Shown piece by piece: positions 40,427-55,186 of a stretch of DNA of 64,000 nt. A program made the translations under genes and the position numbers. Source of the stretch: Azolla caroliniana (taxonomy: Eukaryota; Plantae; Polypodiophyta); assembly GCA_043228905.1 (NCBI GenBank), contig JBHGNT010000013.1:17856001-17920000 (forward strand), read 5' to 3'. The first letter of the stretch is position 1. Each line of letters starts with the position of its first letter. Under the pieces are notes generated by a model. That model did no database searches. It saw only the letters and a program-made list of their open reading frames with translations, and was not told the DNA's origin.

Positions 40427-40469
<43 letters not shown>
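40285..40469 (+). repeat. ~170-bp dispersed direct repeat, copy 2
   Basis: Matches 35085-35262 with small indels. Confidence 0.85.
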
Positions 40470-40470
<1 letters not shown>

Positions 40471-41139
40471 ATAAACCTAAAGGTCTAGTCACTAATCTTA
40501 AAGTGAAAAGTGAAGAAGTAAAAATCTTAGTACACTAGCTAACATTGGTATTGGTAGGCAAGGTGCTTAACATCAAGTGACATGGTGATATTTTTTTGCG
40601 ACAAATTCTTATCAAGCAAACATTCACCATTAATTCACATCTTGATACATGTCACAACATAATGTAGTGGAATGAACGAAACATTCTATCTATTACGAAT
40701 GTGGTTCATGTTATCACGAGCAAGAAACACATGTTGCACTCATATTGGGCACAATATTTATAGAAGTGAATGAGGTTTTACTCAAATGTACGAGAAAACG
40801 AATAAAAGATCAACAAATGACGAACTATATAATGTAGATTTGACATTTCAACTATCTAATGATTAGAGAAGGCATAAGGTAGATGTGAGAGGACTCGAGA
40901 TTGGTGTTGAACAACAATTGTTATATAAGAACGAGAAACCACAATATATAGGTCCCAACACTTATGCTCAATAGACTAGTTTATGCCAATCCAAGTATGG
41001 GTGATATTACAATACTTGCAAGCATTCATGGTTATTTCCAGAACTTCCCACTCCAATCACATAGACTGCACATCGGCGAAGAATCGAAAGGCCGGATTGG
41101 CGGGATGGCTATTATGAAGTGCCCATATTTGCAAGACAC

Positions 41140-41690
41140 CAATATCCTCGTGACTAAGCATGAGAGCCTATTCTCAATCAATCCCATCCTCAATACCAAG
41201 CTTTACGAGCCCATTCCCAATGGATCCCATCCTCGTTACTATGGAGCGTTACAAGCCTATTCCCAATCAATCTCATCCTTGTTGCTGAGTGTTATGAGCT
41301 CATTATTGATGAGTATCATCCTTGCTACTCCTGGGCATATAATATATTCTTGGTTGATCTCATCCTCGTTATGACCGAGCATTACGAGCCTATTTCCGGC
41401 TGATTCCCATCCCTGTTATGACCTAGCATTACGATCCCGTTTTGGCCAATTCCCATCCTCGTTAAGACTGAGCATTACGAGCCCATTTCCGGCTGGCCGA
41501 TTCCCATCCTCGTGACGATACCGAGCATTATGAGCCCGTTTCTGGCCAATTCCCATCCTCGTTACGACTAAGCATTACGAGCCCATTTCCGGCTGATTCC
41601 AATTCTCGTTACTTCCGAGCATTACAATCCCATTTCCGATCGATTCCCATCCTCGTAACTACCGAGCAATACGAGCCTATTTCAGATGGC
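41140..41690. repeat. ~47-bp minisatellite, ~11 copies
   Basis: Consensus gagcattacgagcccatttccggctgattcccatcctcgttacgacc; right-hand copies are conserved and left-hand copies decayed. Confidence 0.9.
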
Positions 41691-41740
41691 CGGGCCGAAT
41701 GACCCGCATGTGTCTGGCCTCCTCGGTCACTTCGAGGGGC

Positions 41741-41787
41741 GACACGTGGCGTCCAAGTTTGGGGGGGTGGGGAGGGTGACACGTGGC
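41741..41787 (+). promoter_or_regulatory. Two G-box/ABRE elements (GACACGTGGC)
   Basis: Identical 10-mers at 41741-41750 and 41778-41787 flank a G-rich spacer, just upstream of the CT-rich 5' region of the gene starting at 42466. Confidence 0.5.
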
Positions 41788-41917
41788 ATGGCCAGAACAT
41801 CGAGATTCTTCTTCTTCTTCTTCTTCTTCTTCTTCTTCTTCCTCTGCCATTGCCTCTACTCACTGTCTGCTCTGCAGAGTAAAACCTAGAATCCTTTTTG
41901 TTTCTTGCTGCTCTTAC

Positions 41918-41956
<39 letters not shown>

Positions 41957-42465
41957 CTCTCCTTCTTCCAGCTAACGGGTTGTTTACGCTTCTACATATC
42001 GCACAAGTCATCATCATTCGTGCAGCATTCGAGCTTCATCACCAGGTCTTTGCTTTGATGAAGCTTTCCATTTTGCTTAGGGTTAAGTTTGCAGAAATGA
42101 ATGTTTTTTTCTTTTTTTTGGGTCCGTTTCCATCCTTCTACTTGTAGTTAGCTCATTCATCCATCCATTCAGTCAAGAAAGATGATTTCTTTACTTGAAT
42201 CGTTCAATTAATATTAGGGTCTCCACACAGATCATATTGTAATAATAATAATATCAAAGTAAGCTATGAATATTCACTGTTTCCTGGTGCATCAGCATTT
42301 GTGTTTAATCGTGAAAGATGATGATATTAGTATTTTTGAAGAGGGATCACAAACAGAAATGGAGGGATAATGAAACATGATGAAAATGAATAAGGTGAAG
42401 ATGAAGATGAAGATGAAAAGGGAAGAGATGATATTAGCATGTCTTAAGATAGATCACAAACAAAA

Positions 42466-46169
<3,704 letters not shown>

Positions 46170-48891
46170 TCAAATATCTTTCTGCCATTTCATATATGAT
46201 GATCCAGGTAAAGACCATGCATGGAATTCATACCCTGGCTTGTTAGAAGTTTTGAAAGCTAGAAAACTTAATTTGGGTGCAAATGTATGTATATATATAT
46301 ATATATATATGAGAAGGTTGAAAAGCATACTGGTGAAGAATGCATGCAATCAATGCTTCTTAGCTTGTATTAGTGGTTTTGTTCCCATAATTTTCACTAT
46401 TACGAGGATAGTTTGGTTGAATATGTGGAATGTTGTTTTGCTTATTTTTGGCATGCTAAATGATCACTTTTACAAGCAGCCAAAGATAATGCATGTGCCA
46501 TTATGCCTTGTATCTATGGCATGTTGTGTGATATGAAACGAGTTTGATACATATGCGATTACATTAAGTTTGTATTAGCATTCAATCCTCCTAGCAATAA
46601 TAAATCGAGCTAATCTCTCAATTGTGGCAAATCTAACTTGAGACTCCTGCAGTTGTATTTATAGCTGAAATATTAAATACTCATCAATAATAATGTGAAC
46701 GACTTTGAAGGAACGCATTCAATATCTTGTGTGAAGTGGAGCCGTTGATTTGTGATGATTGATCATGTACTCTCATTGATGAGCCGCTTGACTATACTTC
46801 ATGAAATTGTAATATGTATATAAAGGTCTTTATAAGCAAGAGAGAAAATAAAATAATGAAATCATTGTTGCGCTATTGCATACGTGTTTATGCTTCCTTG
46901 TCTACTTCCCTTCTATCGTTGTGCGAGTGTGCCCCAAGTGAATAATATGTATGACTAAGGGTTGAGCTCGATGATTATGTTCCCTCCTAGCTCCCCTACT
47001 AAGTGGTGTTGGTTGTCCACCTTGTATTTTCCTAGTATTTGATCAAGTGTGTGTGGTTCAAGTGCGTGTAATTAGCGAACCAATGGCAAAGCCACTAGTG
47101 TAGGCTAAGGTATTCATTGACAAGCGGATATGATAGTGTTGTTTCTTTTGCAAGAATCTTAGGCTCATTCGATTCCTACTTTCAACAATTCTTTGAGTTC
47201 AATGGATTGTTGACAAACACCCAATTCTTCCATTTCAATGAAGAAGTCAATGGCCCTTAGAACCAATTATTAAATGCATACCCCAACACAAAATGTTTAC
47301 ATTTGACAACAATGATGCGGAATGGATAGAAGCAAACACGTTTGAGTAGTGGAGAAGGTGATATGAGGGTGGAAGATCAAAGAAGTGAACATTTAAATAG
47401 GAATTGGCAAAGATACTTTGATCCTTGCTAGAAATAACAAGGAGCACCAAGAAAACGTCCAACTAGAAAAGGTCAAGAGGAATAGATAGAAGGAAACATG
47501 TGAGTAGTGGAGAAGGTGAGGATAAGGTAGAAGTCAAAACAAGTGAAGCTCTCAAGAGGAATTGGAAAAGGGTACTTTGATCCTTGTCATAAAAAATAAC
47601 AAAGAAGTAGCAGCTCGAAAGCTATTATACTTGAGAGGTGGAATTAGATCCTTCCGCTAGTAAGTTAGTGGAAAAGTGGAGAGTTCTATGAAAGACGGGC
47701 TTCTTCCTAACATAACGTAGTAAGTTAGTGGAAAATGAGCTTCGTCCTAACATAACACATTCCAGGATAAATAAGATCTAAATGTTAACCATAGACAAAA
47801 TAGAACTATAAACTTCAAAGAGAGTAGAATTCCTGTTGTAGCTAGATGGGAAAGTATTGTTGATACAACCGATTCAACTTCATCCATTTAATTGTGTATT
47901 GAATCAAAGACATTTTATTGGAATGGGTGTAAAAGAAAACACATCACCACAAATTGGGTGGTAAAAATTTACAAATCCAAATGGTCACTAGTCAAATCAA
48001 TGGTCAGATTTGGCATCCCCACCTCAACCAAATGTTGCGTAGATTAAAACCATCTTCGTAGCGCAATAATATGCATCAAGAAACCTTGTGAGGAATGCCA
48101 TATCAGTGAAATACATTAGTGTTGGGGGTAGCTAAAGTGTGGACATATATATGCCATCAAAACCGTACGATACGATTAGAATGATCTTATTGATAAGATT
48201 CAAGAACACTGCAGATTACCGAAATTGGAGTTGTGCAAAAAAGTACGAATTTTATTCTGAAAAACCAACTCGAGAGTTCTTGAAGACGCATTTTTTTCAA
48301 TTGGTCGAGATAGAATTAAGTCTACAACATTCCATATACATATTTGAAAGGCTCAACCCGGAATTTGGCCAAATGGATTTAACAATCTGTTTCAAGCACA
48401 TTATTATTCTATTTGATGGGAGTGACTCAATGTGTTTGTGATGCGAGAGGCTCAATGCGGGTGGCCGGAAAGCAAAGGAAGGAATGGGCAGGCCGAGATG
48501 TCCGGACGGCCGTTTGCGGCTCGAGTCAAGTCTGATTTGTTTTTCACCTATAGGTCCCCATTTTATTTATATATACATATATACGTCCATGCTTTTCTAG
48601 AGAGAGGAAAATATGGCCAAATACATACCCTACAAAAACCCTCCTCCCTTGTGTTTCCACATTGTTTTTTCTAGTGAGAGGAAAATAGGCCCCCAGAAGA
48701 AGATCCTTGAAAATGAGTTGTTTTCTAGTGAGAGGAAAATAGCCCCCCCCCCCCCCTCCCCGCAACACACAAGAAATAGAACAAATATTGTTTTTTGACG
48801 GTTTTTTTTTCTAGAGAGAGGAAAAAAGGAATTGGAACTCCTGCGTTTCTGCTTCTGCTTCTTGTTGCTCTGCTCGATTTTTCCTTCCGTA

Positions 48892-51800
48892 ATGGTGAAA
48901 CTTCTGATTTCTTCGTATTAATCGTTCCTTCTTCTTCTTCTTCTTCTCGTATATCTGAACCGTTTCATCCTTCTGCAATTTATTCTGCATTTCAGAGCGT
49001 TTTCTTTCAGCTGCATTTTCTCTTGTTCATTGTTATTAGTATTGTTCTGCATTTTTAGAGTTTAATCGGAGACGTGTCCGTTTTAAAAGAAAATCTTCGT
49101 TAATCATCTTCTGCTTCAATCTTCCGATTCCTAAGAAGAGTAGAATATGCCTATTTTTCTCGTGCTGCATTGTTAGGCTTTAGGCTTTAAGGATTTAATC
49201 TGTGATTGTTTTAATATAACTACACGAAGCCTTGTGTGTTTCTGTTCTCGTTAGAAATCTAGTCCTTTTTGCTACATCCTTGCAGTTGATCGCTAAGAAA
49301 AACAGAACAAAAGTCTACAAGTATCTCTTCAAAGGTAAGCAATCGATCATCTTCTTATCTACGAGCCTATATCTGTATCTGTTCTTTTTTCATGTAATTC
49401 GATTGGAGCGTGTTTTTGGGTCGTGGTGCTCGTAGCTGATGTTGGGGGGAGAGAGTGATGTTTTTTAACATACTTTTTGGAAATTTCTATTTTTGTTTGG
49501 TGTTCTACATGACAATCATTTGGATGGATCTGTGATTATGATGTTTGTCACAATGGAGTATGTAACCGTGGTCTGGGAGTTAAACACATTTTGTGTTTGA
49601 GCTGTTACATACTATCCAAATAATGGGAATTCTTGGCTTTTCTCGTGAATTTGGAGGCTCTAGGTTTTGTATCTGATGTATTTACATGCTATTTAGATAT
49701 AATGGAAACCATGGATTTTCACTTTAATTTGTATAGGTTTTGTTTGTAGTGCGTGCTACTTGTACATAGAAAACAAACATATATTCACATGATGTTGTAG
49801 GCTAAATGTTTTGTGTTTGATATATTTCACGCTGTTCTCACGGAAGAAATGCATGGTTTTTCACATGAAATTCTAGGTTTTTGTTTGATGTATTACACGC
49901 TATTCATATAGAGGAACATTGTAGCTTTTTTCTTGCTTTGGGAGGAAATCTGCTTTATATTTAATGAATTGCATGCTGTTAATATAAAACAATTCAGAAT
50001 TCATATAATTTGGCAGGACATGTGTTTTTGTTTGTCATTCAAGCTACTCATATTGATAAATAAAAATGGCTTATCATGTGATTTGGGAGTTCTATGCTTG
50101 TGTTTGATGTATTATTAGCTATTCATTTGTGATGGGATCGTACTTCGGAAATTGTTCCTGCGACGTTGAAGAAGTCAGCAAGGCCTCCTGGTAGGCCTAC
50201 AGGTGCCCCTCTTGGTGATAGACCCAGGTAATATTCAAACTTCTGATGCTTTCAAACATTATACATTTGATTTATCATCATAATCCTTGTGATATAGTGA
50301 ATTGAAGTAGATTTGTTTGTATGGATGACTGTAAATTGTAATTTATTGGTGAACTAAAGCTACACAACTAGTGAACTGAAGTGGATTTGTGAATATGAAT
50401 ATCCTTATGTAATGTATTGAACTGAAGGAGCTTTGTATATATGATGTTCTTATATTGTTATGTCATGAAGTGAAGTAAATTTTTGCCCATAAGAATTTTT
50501 CTTGGACTCCTTACATTGTAACGTAGTGAATTGAATGTTTCTTTTGAACTATGAATGATTATAATACCCCTTACATCGTGACATAGTCAGGTGAAGTAGG
50601 TTTGAAAGTATGAATGATCGAAATTGTGAGACATTGTGACATAATAAACCGAAGCAGGTTAGCAGATTTGTAAGCAAGCAGGAATCACCATGTTGTTCCT
50701 TGCATTATAGCAGAGTTGATGGAAGTAGATTTGTTTGTGTAGATCACTGAGTATTCCATGCATTATAACATGGTGAACTGACGTAGTTTTTTAGATTACC
50801 ATTTTACTCCTTGCATAATAACCGTGGATGAAAGTAGATCTGGAACTATGGATCATCAGTATAATCCTTGTTTAATTAGTGTACTGAACTGAAGTAGGTC
50901 TTGAACAATGGATTATCAGTATATACTCATTATGTTGTGATATAGTGAACTGAAGTAGAATTCTAACTGTGGATCATCAGTTAACTCCTTTAGGAGTGTG
51001 TTTGGAGTCTGTTTAAACAAGAAAGATTTTTTAGACCCTAATGCGTAGGATTATCCTCGCTGATGAACATTTTAAAACTTTGTTGTGCTTTTGCAGAGGA
51101 CCTCCTCGCTTTGAGGGTGGTGATAGACCAAGGTTTGGAAACCGACAAGGTTATCGTGGAGGGCCACCTGGGGTCTGGGTGGTTTTGGCAACAAAGGCAG
51201 CGCTCCTGAGGGATTTCAGCCTTCATTTAGAGTATGCCATCATACTATAAATAGATTAAATAATAGCTTACCAGGTATATAGTTGTTTCTAATCAACCAA
51301 ATCAAGTTTATACGCAAATTGTTTGGTTTTTGCCAGAATGACTGAATGTCTTTGACCATTTTTTGCTAGGGTTGCATATCTTATTTCTAAATTAAACAAA
51401 TCATATTTCTAGTTGTCTTTTGTTTGAATAAATGTAGGTACATTTTCCCTCTATTTTTAGGTAATTAATGAAATAGAGTTGCTATGTACAATAGCTGTTT
51501 GATGCTTTAATAGTGGATGTCAATGCCCATGATCTCTGTAATCTAAGGTTGTACATAGTTTTTTAATTAATCAAATCAAGTTTGTTATGTTCCATTGTTG
51601 CTCTACTCTTGGGTTAATAGACATAATAAGAGTTTTATTATGCATTTAGTTGTTTTTATACTTTAATGGTGAATGTCTAATGCCATTCATTGTTCTAAAT
51701 TCTAGGGGTGTGCTAATAGAGTTTACGATGAATTAAGCAAATCCGGTGTACCGTGCATTTACAATTTCGTCTTTTGATCTGTATTCTTCTAGGTTCGTAG

Positions 51801-51970
51801 AATAACTTATTAACTAACAAAATCTAGTTTACTATGCATATATAGTTTTTTATATTATATGAATTAATGCCGAGATAATTTTTGCTCTATTGTAGGGTCC
51901 TGGAGAGGGAGTTAGGTCAGGTTTCGGGTGTGGCGGAGGATTTGGAGCTCCTCCATCTGGACTTCCTTAG
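48892..51970 (+). pseudogene. RPS10: 40S ribosomal protein S10 (eS10) unprocessed pseudogene
   Basis: Exons 48892-48894 (ATG), 49286-49334 (LIAKKNRTKVYKYLFK), remnant 50131-50227 (SEIVPATLKKSARPPGRP), 51097-51231 (GPPRFEGGDRPRFG..), 51896-51970. The core GVLYAKKD..WYLTN and its splice acceptor are absent, and exon 4 is frameshifted (135 nt where 3n+1 is needed). Confidence 0.88.
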
Positions 51971-53126
51971 GCACAAATTATTTATTTCATCAAATTTCAA
52001 GAAACTGAAGATTGTTGTTACTGTTGAGGAAATTTCCATGTGCTCACCATGGATCTCGGCATTGTAGAATTTTTCCATGTGTTTGGTAACAGATATTGTT
52101 ACTACTATCTCATGAAAACGTCCATGCTTCTTAGGAAGGTGGATTTGATTGTGCTTGTATTTTCTGAGGCTGGAATGATTTGTTTAATGCTTTGTGCATG
52201 TTTTTCATCTGACACAAGTTTTACAAGAAGGATTTGCGTGTTCAATGTTCTGATGCAATCATTTCCTTGTACCGTTCAAGAGAATGTGACACCACAATGT
52301 GGATTTTAATGTCTATGTTAGAATGTTTAATAGGTATATGATATGCTTGTTAGAATCATGTTAATAATATCATGTTTGATTTGCTTGTCTGGTGCTGTCA
52401 GACGAAAAGGATTGTTAGAATGTCTAAAGACAGTGCTATGTATTACTTGTGGCGGTGTATTACTCGAGAAAAGGATTACTTGTAAGATTCTGACGGTGCT
52501 ATGTGAATTCAATGTGTCTACATATTGAATGTCTAAAGATACACCCTGTTACTGTGTTGTAAGATGAATAATCATCAGGTCATAAGATGAATCATTGAGG
52601 ATGTATCTTTATCAAATATATATAGAAATTCATGCAATTGTTTCCAAATATGCAATTTGTTTGATTTATAAATGAAGATGATGTGTACTGTCTTTCTTTT
52701 TTCTCGGGTATGAAAGTGTTTATGGTACCTTTTGACTTAAGAATTTTGAAGATTGGTTACTACTTTTCCATGGAGAATAAGGGTGTAGATCATGCTGACT
52801 TAGAAAGGGGTCATTGCTTATGTCATTCTCTGGGTTGCAAAGTTTATTTGAAGCGGCTTTATCTTTGACATTTCCAAAAGCTTGTTTGGCTGATTACTTC
52901 TTTACACAAAAAATATATATGAATTGACATGGTAACATACTGGCTTTTGTTGTTGGTTACACATAACATACTTGTGAATGCTGGCATGATGTGAATAAGA
53001 ACGAATCAATAGATCAATAGATTTGGAGCTAAGTAAAATGTTGTCAATTGCAACACTATCCTAAAAACCTAAAGAAAACATGGTTTTGAAGATACAACAG
53101 CAGTAACAACCATGAAATAGATTTAC

Positions 53127-53512
53127 ATTGTCCTGTCTCAGCACATGTGACAAGCAGGAAAGGTTGATTCAGATTCCATTGTGCCTAAATGATGGCTATG
53201 TTGCATCAGCAAGTTGATTGTACAAAAAATGCTGTTCTACTCCTCGTCCTTGACATGATGCCTCATCAGTAAATACATAGAGCTCTTTCCTTCCATATGT
53301 GTGACCAATCAGTTAGGAGAAGTAACACATACAAAATAGGTTTCTTTGTCCTGTCTCAGCACATATGACAAGCAGGAATGGTCCGTCGCATTCAAGTGTG
53401 GCTAAATGATCTTGGGTCGCATAAACATGGGTTTGATTGTACAAAAAATGCCGCTCTACTTGGTCGCCCTTGACATGGTGCCACATCAACTATACATATA
53501 ACTGTCCTTCCA
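53127..53512. repeat. Diverged tandem duplication (~170-bp unit, ~220-bp period)
   Basis: ttgtcctgtctcagcacat(g/a)tgacaagcaggaa...ttgattgtacaaaaaatgc...ccttgacatg..ccttcc at ~53128 and ~53346. Confidence 0.85.
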
Positions 53513-54153
53513 CCTGTGAGCAATCTGTTTCATAAGGGAATTCAATACATACTGTTGTCAAGGATCTCTCTGCATATCAATGACAAACATAAATCAATTT
53601 CTTAATACTTTTTACCAATCTGGTTTATTAGAGTCTCTGTTTCATATGCATATATGATAGAAAAGAAAAGAAGAAATTTGCATAATGAAATGCTTCTTCA
53701 ATGGCATCTTTATATATTCATATGAGTCTAGCTTATACAATCATTATAAGTTAATCATGCACCGTCCATATCCACAATCCATCCATCTTATATCAATCAT
53801 GTGTTTCATTTGGATATGCACTGTTTCCAAAAGCCAACCAATACTGAGAAACACAATCATCTTCATATTTGGTTTTTGATCAATGAGCCTACCCTATCCT
53901 GTTGGTTTAATTAGGATTACCTAACAGAAGGATATGTGTTCAAACCTAAACAAAGTTTCACACCTGTCGTGTACACATCCAGACCACAACATATTTGGTT
54001 ACACCACCATATTACCACTGATGAGTACTCTCTGATTGGGATGTAAAACAGGGCAACGTAGCTGAAGGAAGCATACACACAAAACACTTGAGACTAAGCA
54101 GATCGATCTAAATCTAGACCAATTCAACTAACATAATAAAGGGACTAAATGAT

Positions 54154-54835
54154 TATGAAGGATTATATCACTTGTACGCTATGGATTAGTATAGAAGTGA
54201 TATAATCCTTCATAGATATGGATTAAAATTAATAAACATGAATGCTTAGTGTATGGATTACACTTCATGGGTCCTCAACATGAATACTTAATTTATGGAT
54301 TAGGAAATATGAATACTTAGCATACGGATTAATAAACATGAATACTCAGCATCCGGATTAATATAAATGAATACTTAGTACATGGATTAATAAACACGAG
54401 TACTTAGTATATGGATCATACTTCATGGGAATAGATGATCTATGAATCCTTCATAAATATGGATTAAAATTAATAAACACGACTACTTAGTATATGGATC
54501 ACACTTCATGGGACTAGATGATCTATGAATCCTTCATAAATATGGATTAAAATTAATGAACACGACTACTTAATATATGGATCACACTTCATGGGACTAG
54601 ATGATCTATGAATCCTTCATAAATATGGATTAAAATTAATAAACACGACTACTTAGTATATGGATCACAATTCATGGGACTAGATGATCTATGAATCCTT
54701 CATAAATATGGATTAAAATTAATAAACATGAATACTTAGCATTGGATTACGCTTCATGGGTCCTCAACATGGATACTTAGTTTATGGATTAGTAAATATG
54801 AATATTTAGTATTCTGGATTACACTTCATGGGTCC
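54154..54835. repeat. Higher-order satellite-like array: 83-bp unit x~3.5 amid ~29-bp monomers, preceded by a 20-bp perfect inverted repeat
   Basis: tatgaatcct recurs at 54441, 54524, 54607 and 54690; atgaatacttag..tggatta monomers flank it; inverted-repeat arms at 54154-54173 and 54195-54214. Confidence 0.9.
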
Positions 54836-55053
54836 TAAATCTAGAATCAATCTATCTCTAGAGTCAAAAAATGTTTGTTCTCCATCATCACATTTTAAAG
54901 CCATGCAAGAGCTGCTCTGCTTTTCTTAAAAGGTATTACATGAAAACATGTATACACAAAATGGACCACACAAGTTTTATATATGAATAAATTCTTATTC
55001 TCGGGTTAGAAGGTTGCTGAAGATAGCTCAAATTCTCTCACTCTCTCTACAAA

Positions 55054-55186
55054 GCAGTAGCATGAGAAGAGAGAAAGCACAGCCAAGGGTTTCAAACTAC
55101 AAATGAATTGAATTTATGAATGGAAGAGAACATATTAAGAAAAGAGACTCTGGGCTGTGCTCTCTCTCTTCTATTGCTAGTGCTGC
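55054..55186 (-). ncRNA. MIR529: MIR529 precursor hairpin (miR156/529 family, SPL-targeting)
   Basis: 5p arm AGAAGAGAGAGAGCACAGCCC at 55172-55152 pairs with 3p arm GCTGTGCTTTCTCTCTTCTCA at 55083-55063; lower stem GCAGCACTAGCA/TGCTACTGC. TATTTAAG at 55310-55303 lies upstream on the same strand. Confidence 0.9.

Noticed and set aside
41140-41690. CRISPR-like array
   Set aside because: Units are contiguous with no unique spacers, the context is eukaryotic and there are no cas genes. The same applies to 54400-54720.
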